From positions 1 through 48,808 of IMG/VR virus record IMGVR_UViG_3300017766_004362: DNA of 48,808 nt. One strand, given 5' to 3'. Positions 1 through 9,177 of this stretch are shown here, one piece after another. Made by a program: the position numbers and the translations under genes. The notes below the pieces were generated by a model. The model did no database searches and was not told where the DNA came from. It saw only the letters and a program-made list of their open reading frames with translations. Positions within the stretch are counted from its first letter, which is position 1. Each line of letters starts with the position of its first letter. Origin of the DNA: a virus (lineage: Duplodnaviria; Caudoviricetes).

Positions 1-120
1 CCCGCCACGGAGGCCGGAGGCTTGCCCATGACGCTCGAGGCCCGCCACGGAGGCCGGAGGCTTGCCCATGACGCTCGAGGCCCGCCACGGAGGCCGGAGG
101 CTTGCCCATGACGCTCGAGG
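1..120. repeat. Three exact tandem copies of a 40-bp unit at the contig start
   Basis: CCCGCCACGGAGGCCGGAGGCTTGCCCATGACGCTCGAGG at 1-40, 41-80 and 81-120, with no spacers. Confidence 0.95.
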
Positions 121-133
121 CGTGCCCGTACCC

Positions 134-460
134 CTACCGACCGCCGCCTTTATCCGCCCACCCCGCGCGCGTTTCCAGGCGCGTCAACCGTGCCCCGAGC
201 TCCCGCTCGAGCGCCTGGACGCCGTCCGCGGCCGCTTTCGCCGCCGCCGCCGCCGCTGCGGCGTCGGCCGCGGCCCCTATAGAGGAATTTCGGTATACGC
301 GCGCGAGGTCGACGAAATATCGCTCGAGGGCCCTCGCGCCCGCGAGTGCGGCGACGGCGAGGGCCAGAGGCATCGAGGGCTTGACCATCAGGACGAGGAC
401 CATCGGACCGACGACGAGGTCGACCGACGAAAGCCGGGTGGGGATTCGGGGGACCCTCAC
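134..460 (-). CDS. Hypothetical protein, likely membrane-associated
   Basis: GTG at 460 overlaps the stop of the upstream gene (GTGA); hydrophobic segment LVVGPMVLVLMVKPSMPLALAVAALA followed by an Ala-rich helix. Confidence 0.55.
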   Translation of the reverse strand: MRVPRIPTRLSSVDLVVGPMVLVLMVKPSMPLALAVAALAGARALERYFVDLARVYRNSSIGAAADAAAAAAAAKAAADGVQALERELGARLTRLETRAGWADKGGGR

Positions 461-795
461 TTGGGGCCCCGACCCACAAGGAACTGCCGCGCGGTCTCGA
501 CGCGAAGGGCTGCACTCGCCCCGCCCCGGTTCATGGGGCCGGCGAGCACCTCGACGCCGAGCACGTCGTGCCCGCACGTCGTGGCCTTCAGGACCGCGAA
601 CCCGCCGGCTACCTTGGACATGGAGATCCAGGTGAGGACGGGTGCGCCAGCACCCGGACCACCCGTCGACCCCGAAGGGGGCGACCCTTCCGTGAGGCGA
701 GGAGCGAGCGAACCCGCCGGAGTCTCTTCCCCTGTCGTCGGCGACAACATGAGCGCCGCCGTGTCTTCGGTCTTCTTCGGTCTGGGCATTCTCAT
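457..795 (-). CDS. Hypothetical protein
   Basis: ATG preceded by a GGAG-like RBS; coupled to the downstream gene by a GTGA overlap. Confidence 0.55.
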   Translation of the reverse strand: MRMPRPKKTEDTAALMLSPTTGEETPAGSLAPRLTEGSPPSGSTGGPGAGAPVLTWISMSKVAGGFAVLKATTCGHDVLGVEVLAGPMNRGGASAALRVETARQFLVGRGPK

Positions 796-837
796 TCTCC
801 CTAGCCCCCGCTCGGCCCTGCGGCCCGAGGGGTGCTT

Positions 838-1263
838 TCAGCCCCCTATAGGGCGTTTTCGTATACGCGCGCGAGCCAGTCTCACCCGGTTCGCCGGGGT
901 CGGTTCGCGCCGGTACGCATCGCGTGCCGAACGGTATTGAGCCGAGTCGACATCGAGGTCGTCGTCCGGTTCGATGTCGTCGAAGTCGATGGACGGGTCC
1001 GGTGGAGGGGAGTCGGAGGGGATCGAGCACGTCATCAAGTCCCGGTTCGCGGCGTTCTTGTCCCGGTACGACGACCGCCGCTCCTCGGTCGTCCATTCGG
1101 GACCGACGTCCCCTCGGAAGTCGCCGGCATAGTGCCGGTCGAGGAACGCCGCGAGCCACGCCTGCTCGTCGGGGCTGAGCTTCGTGAGGTAGTCCACGTC
1201 GACCCGCCATGCCACCGAGCGGGGGTAGCTCTTCGCCGACAGTGCCGCCTTCGGGTTCTTCAC
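838..1263 (-). CDS. Hypothetical phage protein
   Basis: GTG at 1263 overlaps the stop of 1260..1622; globular-looking sequence DVDYLTKLSPDEQAWLAAFLDRHY...YRDKNAANRDL. Confidence 0.65.
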   Translation of the reverse strand: MKNPKAALSAKSYPRSVAWRVDVDYLTKLSPDEQAWLAAFLDRHYAGDFRGDVGPEWTTEERRSSYRDKNAANRDLMTCSIPSDSPPPDPSIDFDDIEPDDDLDVDSAQYRSARDAYRREPTPANRVRLARARIRKRPIGG

Positions 1264-1622
1264 GCAGCCACCCGCACGTCGGCCCCGAGGATGTAGACGA
1301 ACTTCGGTCGACCTCTCTTCACCCGCACCTCTGTCAGTCGCTCGACGAGGTCCCCGTTCTCGACGAGCGGGGCCACGATGCGGCGCATGGTCGCTCTCGA
1401 GACGCCGAGCCTCGCCCCGAGCTTCGCGAGGGTGTCGTCGCCCTCGGCCACGCCCGTCAGGACCTCGGTCCGGTAGGCCCACCGACGCTCCTCCCGGTCG
1501 GCCGTGTCAACGACCCGCACGGACGGGGGTGCCGCGTCGGGGACGGTGACCTCCGCCAGGACCCGAGGGTCGAGGCCGAAGGCGGTCGCCACGAGGAGGT
1601 CGATGTCGTCCACGCGCCGCAC
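1260..1622 (-). CDS. Winged helix-turn-helix DNA-binding protein (putative transcription regulator)
   Basis: TLAKLGARLGVSRATMRRIVAPLVENGDLV...RGRPKFVY fits an HTH plus wing; transcribed divergently from the primase across the origin-like region. Confidence 0.7.
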   Translation of the reverse strand: MRRVDDIDLLVATAFGLDPRVLAEVTVPDAAPPSVRVVDTADREERRWAYRTEVLTGVAEGDDTLAKLGARLGVSRATMRRIVAPLVENGDLVERLTEVRVKRGRPKFVYILGADVRVAA

Positions 1623-1759
1623 CTTACCCGACCGCCACGAGGAGGTGAACTTTATTTACAGGAGCCTCCGACGACGACGTCCTTCCGCCCCTCGACACGG
1701 TCTTCGCCGGAAGCTCGTCGTTCTGCCAATCACTCTTTGGCAAGGATGCGTTTTGCCAA

Positions 1760-2180
1760 CGGACCGAGTGGACCAAGTGCAACCCGGTCCGAACACCCGC
1801 CACATCGCTGGCACGCGGCGGAGCACTATATATACTCCCCTTTTTTAAGCAGTATAGGGCCCAGCTTGGTCCTTGGTCCAAGCTGCGCGGAAGTGCTTTA
1901 TTTTCCAGCGGATCGTGTGGACCAAGTAGAATTCTACTTGGTCCAAATGTTGAGTTTACTTGGTCCAAATCCCACACTTACGTCCGGCCGTGGACCGAGT
2001 GGACCAAGCTGGACCAAGCTGGACCATGGTCTTTCAACCTCAGTTCAAACCACCTTGGACCAAGTGGACCAAGCTGGACCAAGGTCTTTCAACCTCGGTT
2101 CGTGTTTTAGGTCGCCTTCGGACCAAGTGGACCAAGCTGGACCAAGTGACTTTTCGACCCCGAAATCGACTTGGTTTAAC
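1760..2180. repeat. Iteron-like GGACCAAG(T/CT) array with AT-rich patch; probable replication origin
   Basis: More than 10 copies of (T)GGACC(A/G)AG in clusters at ~1761, 1991-2030, 2056-2085 and 2121-2148; inverted TTGGTCC copies at ~1867-1966; AT-rich CTATATATACTCCCCTTTTTTAAG at ~1825; directly upstream of the primase. Confidence 0.7.
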
Positions 2181-2357
2181 TCTATCCGTTTTTTCAGAGG
2201 GTCCGTTTCGTGGTGTCTTTTCCACCCCCGACCACCACCCCTTGGGGGTCGTGGCTTCGTCCTTGCCGACCTCGTGAACGATGCGGTACCGTCCCCGGGT
2301 GACCACGAACCGGCCGAGCGTGAGGGCGCGAAGCCGGTTCTCGACGACGAGGGACCC

Positions 2358-3401
2358 ATGACCGACCGGCCCGAAGTGCTCTACGCGGTGACCCTGTACC
2401 CGTCTCTATACGAGAGGGGCGGCATCCCGAAGACGTGGGCGTGGCCCCAGCTCGTCGAGCTCTTCGGCGAGTTCACCATCGCCGCGTCGAAGGATGCGGT
2501 CCCGGGCTTCGGACCCTACGCCTTGACCGACCGGCCGTGCGGACGCCCCGAGCACCCCTCGGTCCCGCACCGCTGCGACGCTCTGGTGGATGCGGTCACC
2601 CTCGCCGTGTTCGACGTGGACATGGGCGAGGACGACGCGGTCGCCGAGTGCTCGCGAAGGCTCATGCGCGACGGCATGGCCCACCTCTTCTACTCGACGC
2701 ACTCCTACCGGCCCGACGCCCTCGTCCCCAGCCTCCGCCTCGTCGTCCCGCTCCTGCGTCCCGTACCGGCCCATCAGTGGCGTTCGTTCCGCCAGGCCTT
2801 CCTCCGCACCTTCGCCGTGCCTGCGGACATCGCCAAGTGCGGGGGCTTGAGCCATTTCTACTACGCCCCGAGCCACCCGCCGGGCGTCGAGCCGCTGTTC
2901 GACTCGGTCGAAGGCCGACCCTTCGACCCTTCGCGCCTGCCGGTCACGGGTCGAGCGCCCCTCGTGACGACCTATGCCGTGCCCACCTTCGACGAGACGA
3001 CCGACCCCGAGGCCCTCGCCCTTCACCGCGAGGCCCTGACCTTGAAGGCCCGCCGGTTGTCGACCTCCCCGAAGGGCGAGAGCCGTGCCCGTGCCGCCGT
3101 CCTCGAGGCGGTCGTCGCCGGCCGGCCCCTCGCCGAGCACGGCTCGAGGAACGCCACGACCACCCGAGCGGCCTTCGACCTCGTGCGGCTCCTGCCCTCG
3201 GCCACCGCCGCCGAGGTCTTGGCCCTCCTCGCCCCGAGTACCAAGGCCATGCGGGACGAGGGCTCGAGCCTCACGCTAGAGACCGTCCGGCGCATGGTCG
3301 CCTCGGCGCATGCCAAGGTCGAAGCGGCCCGTGCTAGGGAATCCGAACTGGAAGCGTACCTGACCCGCCACCTGACCCGTACCGACCGAGGGACCCGATG
3401 A
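2358..3401 (+). CDS. AEP-type primase / primase-polymerase with helical (PriCT-like) C-terminal domain
   Basis: ATG 2358 with GAGGGA RBS; FDVD (DxD), YSTHS, LRLVVPL and FYYAPS motifs, then GSRNATTTRAAF; ATGA-coupled to the helicase. Confidence 0.75.
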   Translation: MTDRPEVLYAVTLYPSLYERGGIPKTWAWPQLVELFGEFTIAASKDAVPGFGPYALTDRPCGRPEHPSVPHRCDALVDAVTLAVFDVDMGEDDAVAECSRRLMRDGMAHLFYSTHSYRPDALVPSLRLVVPLLRPVPAHQWRSFRQAFLRTFAVPADIAKCGGLSHFYYAPSHPPGVEPLFDSVEGRPFDPSRLPVTGRAPLVTTYAVPTFDETTDPEALALHREALTLKARRLSTSPKGESRARAAVLEAVVAGRPLAEHGSRNATTTRAAFDLVRLLPSATAAEVLALLAPSTKAMRDEGSSLTLETVRRMVASAHAKVEAARARESELEAYLTRHLTRTDRGTR

Positions 3402-4801
3402 CCGACACCACCGCCCCTTCTCCCATGCCCGACGTGGACGACGCCGACTTCGCCCGGCTCGCCGAGGCCATCGAAGAGTTCGCCTACTCCGTGCCCCTCG
3501 AGAAGTTCGTCTACCGGCGAGGGAACCGCTGGCAACCGGACTCCCCGGTGTCCGACAAGGGCATCCGGCAGTTCCTCCTCGCCCGTCAGTATCCCCTCGA
3601 CCTCGTGGACATGGTGCTGAAGAAGGGTCTGTACCACCGGACCCTGTCGACCGACGTCGTCCCCGGCCAGCCGCCCATCGCACGGGACGAGTACGGCCAG
3701 CCCCTTCTCAATCTCTACACGCCTCCGGCTCACGAGCCCTCCGCCACCCCCGGCCCGATACCCCGCGTCGAGGTCCTGCTCCGGTGGCTGTGCGACGCGC
3801 CCATCGGTGGGAACGACGAGCAGGAGGACGGCCTCGCGTGGCTCTTCGGGTGGCTCGCCCAGAAGGTACAGAACCCCGCACTCCTCCCCGGAACCGCGCC
3901 CATCTTCGGTACGTCCCCCGGCGCGGGCAAAGGAACGCTCTTCCGCATCGTCGAGACCATGCTCGGGGCGCACAACTGCGCCATCGTCGAGCGGTCGCAC
4001 CTCGAGTCGAGGTTCACCCCTTGGGCGCGTGCGCTCTTCGTCATGGGTGACGAGGTCGTGAGCAACGACAATCTCAAGGACGTGTCCGAGCGGCTCAAGG
4101 TCCTCGTGACGAGCCACACGATGATGGTCGAGCAGAAGAATGTGAACGCGCTGCCGCTCCCGAACCGCAAAGCGTGGATGTTCGCCAGCAACGACCGGCT
4201 GAGCCCGCTCAAGATTGACGCCGACGACCGCCGGTACACCTACTTCCGCAACCACGCCCCGCTCACCGACGCCTACCGGGACCTTCTGAAGAGCTGCTAC
4301 ACGGACGACGGGTCGCAGTTCAACGACGGCTTCATCGACGAGATCCGGTATTTCTGGCGGGCGCTGCTCGACTTCGAGGTCGACGTCCGGTTCGTGAGCC
4401 AGCCCTACCACAACCAGGCTCGCGAGGAACTCATCGCGGTGAACGAACCGAGCCACGCGCTGTTCCTCAAGGCGCTCGAGGAGGACGGCATCGACGCCAT
4501 GCTCGACGCCATGCTCGACACACCGAGGGGCCTGAAGTTTCGAGGGGAAGCAGCACGTCGGGAATGGGACTTTGGTTCGCAGGGCGTCGCGAAGACCGCC
4601 GTATACGAAGCGTACCGGGCGTTCTGCGAGCAGGAAGGCAAGCACGCGCTCTCGGCCACCCGCTTCGGCCCCGCGCTTCGCCATGTCGACGGCTTCGCCG
4701 AGGTACGGAACCAAAGCACCACCGGCAAGAAGGTCCGGTGCTGGGTGCTCCCGCGCAAGACCTCGTTCATCACCGACGACCTCGACGCGCTGGCTTCTTG
4801 A
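3398..4801 (+). CDS. SF3/D5-like (DUF5906-type) primase-associated helicase
   Basis: Walker A GTSPGAGKGT, Walker B FVMGDE, ASN sensor and DDRR motif; C-terminal winged helix (VYEAYRAFCEQEG). Confidence 0.85.
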   Translation: MTDTTAPSPMPDVDDADFARLAEAIEEFAYSVPLEKFVYRRGNRWQPDSPVSDKGIRQFLLARQYPLDLVDMVLKKGLYHRTLSTDVVPGQPPIARDEYGQPLLNLYTPPAHEPSATPGPIPRVEVLLRWLCDAPIGGNDEQEDGLAWLFGWLAQKVQNPALLPGTAPIFGTSPGAGKGTLFRIVETMLGAHNCAIVERSHLESRFTPWARALFVMGDEVVSNDNLKDVSERLKVLVTSHTMMVEQKNVNALPLPNRKAWMFASNDRLSPLKIDADDRRYTYFRNHAPLTDAYRDLLKSCYTDDGSQFNDGFIDEIRYFWRALLDFEVDVRFVSQPYHNQAREELIAVNEPSHALFLKALEEDGIDAMLDAMLDTPRGLKFRGEAARREWDFGSQGVAKTAVYEAYRAFCEQEGKHALSATRFGPALRHVDGFAEVRNQSTTGKKVRCWVLPRKTSFITDDLDALAS

Positions 4802-4887
4802 CCTTCGCACCGGACCATGCCTATGTTCCTCCCGTCCGAGGCCGTAGGGGTCTGGGACATCCACCCGCACGACCGACCGAGGGAACC

Positions 4888-5175
4888 ATGACCGATATCA
4901 TCGACGCCCGTCCGCCCCGCTTCGCCGCCGCTCGGTGGTGGCTCGTCCGAAAACTGCTCGCCGCCCTGAACCTCGTCGAGGGTCGCTTCCAGAGTCTGCG
5001 CGAGTGGGCGCTCGAGGAGGCCGTGGCGTCGTCACCGGACTTCGCCACCTTCGAGGCTTGGGTCACCGGGCACTACGCGGCCCGTGGCCGGAAGGTCAAG
5101 GTCGAGGTCGTCGAGGCGGTCGTCCCGCCCATGCCGACCCCGACCGCCGTCGTCAACCAGACGCACCTGCACTAG
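4888..5175 (+). CDS. Hypothetical protein
   Basis: ATG with CCGAGGGA RBS; followed by the AGGAGG RBS of the next gene. Confidence 0.65.
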   Translation: MTDIIDARPPRFAAARWWLVRKLLAALNLVEGRFQSLREWALEEAVASSPDFATFEAWVTGHYAARGRKVKVEVVEAVVPPMPTPTAVVNQTHLH

Positions 5176-5184
5176 GAGGTCCTC

Positions 5185-6729
5185 GTGGTCCGCTCCGTTT
5201 CCGCCACACAGATCAAGCAGTTCCGTTCGTGCGGCCTCCAGTGGTACCTCCAGCGGGTCGAGGGCTGGGAGATGCCGCAGTCCGCATCTCAAGCCCTCGG
5301 CGAGGCCATCCACTCGCAGGTCGAACGCTACCTCCTCGACGGCACGATGCCCGAGCTGCCGAGCGTCGAGAACGCCATCCGCAAAGCACTCGTTCCTGCT
5401 TTCGGCGTGCAGGACTCGCGCATCGTCGAGGAGCCGAAGGACTACGGCATGGGGCTGACGCTGGCCGGCGTGCCGGTCAAGGGACGCATCGACCTCATGC
5501 TCCCGCCGGTCGATGGCGGCGCTCGTGTCACCGTCGTGGATTGGAAGAGCGCAAGCTCGTTCGCTTACACGCCGACCGCCGACGCGCTGACCCGCGACGT
5601 CCAGGGCGTGCTGTACCTGAAGTACGCCTTCGAGCAGTACCCCTACGCCACCGAGGGCCAGTTCAGGCATGTGTACCTGCTGACCAAAGGCACCGGCTCG
5701 AAGAAGGTGGACGGCGAGGTCGTGGACCCGCACTGGGTCGAGGGCCAGTGGCGGCACCTCGAGCAGACCGTCGAGGAGATGCGGTCGACCGCCGGAAGGT
5801 CATTGCCGGTCGTCACGACGTCTCAGGCCAACCTGTCGCACTGTGACGCATACGGAGGGTGCAAGTTCCGAGACCGCTGCCCCGCCGCTTCCAAGGGTCT
5901 CGTGGCATCGATGTTTGACGTCGAGGCGACGGCAGGGACCGGCGCATCGACCGCAGAGGGAGAAGACATGACCACGCTCGCAGAGAAGTTGAAGGCCCGT
6001 CGCCTCGCGACGCTCGGTACGACGACACCGGCCGAGACCATCACCGAACCTACACCCGCACCCGAACCGGAGCCCGTCGTCGAGCCCGTCGTCGAGCCCG
6101 TCGTCGAGCCCGTCGTCGAGCCCGTGCCCGAGGTCGTCGCTCCGGTCGCCGTACTCCCGCCCGACGCACCGAAGGCCGAGGCGTCGAACGAGGCCAACGA
6201 CCGGCCCATCCCGGGCAAGGTTGCCTCGAAGGGGCGGGTCCGTCCGTTCTCGAAAAAAGAGGTCGAGCCGGTCGTCGCCCCCGAGCCGGTCGTCGTCCCC
6301 GTGATCGAGGTGGAGCACGTCGAGCCGCCGGTCGTCGAGCGCAAGCCCGACCCGGACGTGGTGAAGGCGGCGGAGATCATTCGCGAGAAGTGGATCGAGG
6401 AAGGCTCCAAGCGGCCTCTGAGCCTCTACATCGACTGCTTCCCCGAAAAGGCGGAGTTCGAGAACCTCCGAGCCCTCGAGGACGAGATCGCGGCCCGCAC
6501 GCCGAGCCTCCTCGAGCACCTACGCAAGACCTCGCCCAAGGACGTGCCCGAAGGCGCGGTGGACCTGGGCGAGGTGCTCTACGGGCGCGGCTATGCGACC
6601 CTGACCGCGTCGTTCGCACTCAAGCCCCTCACCGGCCCGTGGCTCGTGAGCACGCTGTACCCGGCCTCGAGCAAGGTGCTCGAGGTCCTCCTCCCGAAGG
6701 CCACGTTCGTGGTCCGAGGTCGTCGATGA
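5185..6729 (+). CDS. PD-(D/E)xK RecB/Cas4-like exonuclease with Fe-S cysteines and a long C-terminal extension
   Basis: SATQIKQFRSC, GEAIHSQVE, GRIDL, VVDWKS and Q-x3-Y motifs, HCDAYGGCKFRDRC; Pro/Glu/Val-rich linker. Confidence 0.85.
   Translation: MVRSVSATQIKQFRSCGLQWYLQRVEGWEMPQSASQALGEAIHSQVERYLLDGTMPELPSVENAIRKALVPAFGVQDSRIVEEPKDYGMGLTLAGVPVKGRIDLMLPPVDGGARVTVVDWKSASSFAYTPTADALTRDVQGVLYLKYAFEQYPYATEGQFRHVYLLTKGTGSKKVDGEVVDPHWVEGQWRHLEQTVEEMRSTAGRSLPVVTTSQANLSHCDAYGGCKFRDRCPAASKGLVASMFDVEATAGTGASTAEGEDMTTLAEKLKARRLATLGTTTPAETITEPTPAPEPEPVVEPVVEPVVEPVVEPVPEVVAPVAVLPPDAPKAEASNEANDRPIPGKVASKGRVRPFSKKEVEPVVAPEPVVVPVIEVEHVEPPVVERKPDPDVVKAAEIIREKWIEEGSKRPLSLYIDCFPEKAEFENLRALEDEIAARTPSLLEHLRKTSPKDVPEGAVDLGEVLYGRGYATLTASFALKPLTGPWLVSTLYPASSKVLEVLLPKATFVVRGRR
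6070..6126 (+). repeat. 12-bp coding tandem repeat (EPVV)x4+
   Basis: GAGCCCGTCGTC x4 followed by GAGCCCGTG. Confidence 0.9.
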
Positions 6730-6929
6730 CCGAGGTTCAGTTCGAGGTGGACGGTCACGTCTTCGTGCTGCGAGGGGAACGGAATGAGCGACGCATCCTC
6801 GACCGGCACGGGCGGCAATGGACTCCTGCGGAAGTTGCGGAGCTTGTCGGCGAGCGCCGAGCCCACGTCGCCCTCGCCTACGCCGAGCGGGACCTCGGTC
6901 GTCGCCTCGAGTTCGACACCCGTCGATAG
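6726..6929 (+). CDS. Small hypothetical protein
   Basis: ATGA overlap with the nuclease stop; MTEVQFEVDGHVFVLRG... 67 aa. Confidence 0.6.
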   Translation: MTEVQFEVDGHVFVLRGERNERRILDRHGRQWTPAEVAELVGERRAHVALAYAERDLGRRLEFDTRR

Positions 6930-6957
6930 CCGCACCGCGAACGCGGCGGGCTTGGCC

Positions 6958-8610
6958 GTGCGCTCGTCACCGGAGTTCGTTCGCATTCGCGACCTCCCGA
7001 GACGCACGCTCACGGTCACGCCCGCCGAGCTCGAGGCTCTGCACGCCCGCCTCGTTCTGCCCGAAGGGACCCGTCGCCTTCGCCCTATCCAGGCGGCGGG
7101 TCTTTTGGAGGCCGAGCGGACGAACGGCCTCTTCGGCCCCATCGGTGTCGGTGCCGGCAAGAGTGACTTGGCCCTGCTCCTGCCCGTGGTCATGCGGTCG
7201 AAGGTGGCCGTGCTCCTCGTGCCGGCCGCGCTGCGAGAGAAGGTCCTGCGGCAGGACTACCCGGCCCTCGTGCCGCACTACCGGCTCCCGCGCCTCGTCG
7301 GGGCCAAGGTCGCGCCACTGCACGCGGAAGGGGAGCTGCACCTCCTGAGCTACGACGCCCTGTCTCGGGAGTCGGGTGCCCGTATCCTCGAGGATCTGAA
7401 GCCCGACCTCGTGATCTGCGACGAGGCCCACGCCCTTCGGCACCCGAGCGCGACCCGGACGAAGAGGTTCGTGCGGTACTTCCGAGAGCACCGGGACACG
7501 CGACTCGCCGCGCTCTCAGGGACCATGACCTCCAAGAGCCTTCGAGACTACGCGCACCTCGCGTTCCTCGCACTGCGCGAAGGGTCGCCGGTCCCGACCT
7601 CGTGGACGGTGCTCGAGGAGTGGGCCTCGGCCCTCGACTCGGGCTTCCTCCAGGCCCCGCCCGGGGTGCTCGTCGAGCTGTGCCAGCCGAATGAGCACGT
7701 TCGCGAGGGCTTCCGGCGAAGGCTCGTCGATACGGCCGGCGTGGTCGCGACCACCGAGTCGTCGCTCGGCACGGCCCTGAACTTCTACGAGCGCCCCGTC
7801 GAAGTGCCGAAGGTCGTGCGCGAGACGCTGCGTCAGGTCAACGAGACGTGGACCTCACCCGTGGACGACGAGGCGTTCGACGACGTGCTCGTGCTGCACC
7901 GCTACCTTCGGCAGTTGGCTGCGGGGTTCTACTACCGATGGGTCTGGCCGAACGGCGAGCCACCGACCCTTCGGAACCAGTGGCTCGACGCACGCAAGGC
8001 GTACCACCGAGAGGTAGCCGCGTTCTTGACGCATCGGTCAAAGCCCGGCATCGACTCCCCGCTCCTCTACGCCAAGGCCGTGGCGGACGGCCGAGTGGTC
8101 TCGACCACCTCGGCCGCGTGGTTGGCCGTGAAGGACCTCGCGAAGCCCAGGACCGAGGCCGTGTGGCTCGACTCGTTCCTCGTGGACGACGCCGTGTCCT
8201 GGGCCACCCAGTCCACGGGCATCGTGTGGTACGAACACTCCGCCGTGGGCGAGGCTCTGGCAGCGCGAGGGCTCCCGCACTACGGCCCCGGCGACGAGGG
8301 CATTCTGAAAGAAGACGGGTCGAGGTCCATCGTCGCCAGCATCCGCGCTCACGGCACGGGGAAGAACCTGCAAGCCTTCTCGAGGAACCTCGTCACGACG
8401 CCGCCCGTGAGCGGGACGACGTGGGAGCAGCTCCTCGGACGAACGCACCGACCGGGACAGGACGCCGACGAGGTCGAGGTCTACGTCTACCGCCACACAC
8501 CGGAGATGCGAGGGGCGTTGACCAAGGCTCTTCGCGACGCCGAGTACCAGCAACGCACCACCGGCAACCAGCAGAAGCTGCTCGCCAGCACGTTCACCTT
8601 CGAGGAGTGA
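6958..8610 (+). CDS. SF2 (SNF2-like) helicase; start uncertain (open frame from 6784)
   Basis: LRPIQ Q-motif, GVGAGKS, ICDEAH, LSGT, GTGKNLQ and EQLLGRTHRPGQ. Confidence 0.88.
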   Translation: MRSSPEFVRIRDLPRRTLTVTPAELEALHARLVLPEGTRRLRPIQAAGLLEAERTNGLFGPIGVGAGKSDLALLLPVVMRSKVAVLLVPAALREKVLRQDYPALVPHYRLPRLVGAKVAPLHAEGELHLLSYDALSRESGARILEDLKPDLVICDEAHALRHPSATRTKRFVRYFREHRDTRLAALSGTMTSKSLRDYAHLAFLALREGSPVPTSWTVLEEWASALDSGFLQAPPGVLVELCQPNEHVREGFRRRLVDTAGVVATTESSLGTALNFYERPVEVPKVVRETLRQVNETWTSPVDDEAFDDVLVLHRYLRQLAAGFYYRWVWPNGEPPTLRNQWLDARKAYHREVAAFLTHRSKPGIDSPLLYAKAVADGRVVSTTSAAWLAVKDLAKPRTEAVWLDSFLVDDAVSWATQSTGIVWYEHSAVGEALAARGLPHYGPGDEGILKEDGSRSIVASIRAHGTGKNLQAFSRNLVTTPPVSGTTWEQLLGRTHRPGQDADEVEVYVYRHTPEMRGALTKALRDAEYQQRTTGNQQKLLASTFTFEE

Positions 8611-8611
8611 G

Positions 8612-8809
8612 ATGGGGAAGAAGAGAAAGTGCCTGTCACCCGATTGCGCGGTGGAGACCTACGCCCCGAAGGGCTATTGCCAGCAGCACTTCGCGACTGC
8701 GTACTACTGCCGCCTCGCCGATTGCCAGAACCGCGTCTCGGTGCAGTCTCAGTACGGGTTCTGCCGCGAGCACTACAGCATCGGCCCAAAGACAAAGCCG
8801 GTCCCGTAA
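8612..8809 (+). CDS. Small Cys/His-rich zinc-finger protein
   Basis: Two C-x4-C...C-x2-H units; GAGGAG RBS. Confidence 0.65.
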   Translation: MGKKRKCLSPDCAVETYAPKGYCQQHFATAYYCRLADCQNRVSVQSQYGFCREHYSIGPKTKPVP

Positions 8810-8960
8810 ACTGCACGGAGACCGGCCCAACGCCCGAGGCCACCACAGCCTTTGTCGTCGTCCCGACGACGGACTCTCGCCCATCTTCGCCGGCCTTCAT
8901 GGCCGGTTCCGCTTTCATGAAGCGGTCTACCAAGACTACGCACAACCGCACGAGGACGCC

Positions 8961-9176
8961 ATGAATTTCGACCGACCCGAGAGCGCATCCATCGCCATCG
9001 TCTGCTTCCCGAGCGGCGGTGCCGCCATCCACGCGACCGATGGGTCCGTGTGGTGCGGCTCCAACGAGAAGAAGGGATGGCATCATGGCCCGGAGCACGA
9101 GCCGCACGCCCGGTACTTCCTGACCGTGAACGAGGCCCTTCGCTTCGCCCGCTCGTGCGGGTGGGTGGGAGAGTGA
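8961..9176 (+). CDS. Hypothetical protein
   Basis: ATG with GAGGA RBS; abuts the next gene. Confidence 0.6.
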   Translation: MNFDRPESASIAIVCFPSGGAAIHATDGSVWCGSNEKKGWHHGPEHEPHARYFLTVNEALRFARSCGWVGE

Positions 9177-9177
9177 C

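Noticed and set aside
1-120. CRISPR array
   Set aside because: The 40-bp units are directly adjacent with no unique spacers, and there is no cas operon; the Cas4-like nuclease is a common stand-alone phage gene
1209-2357. N-terminal extension of the 730-aa primase ORF
   Set aside because: It runs antisense to the wHTH gene and through the iteron array; a clear RBS and ATG at 2358 mark the likely start
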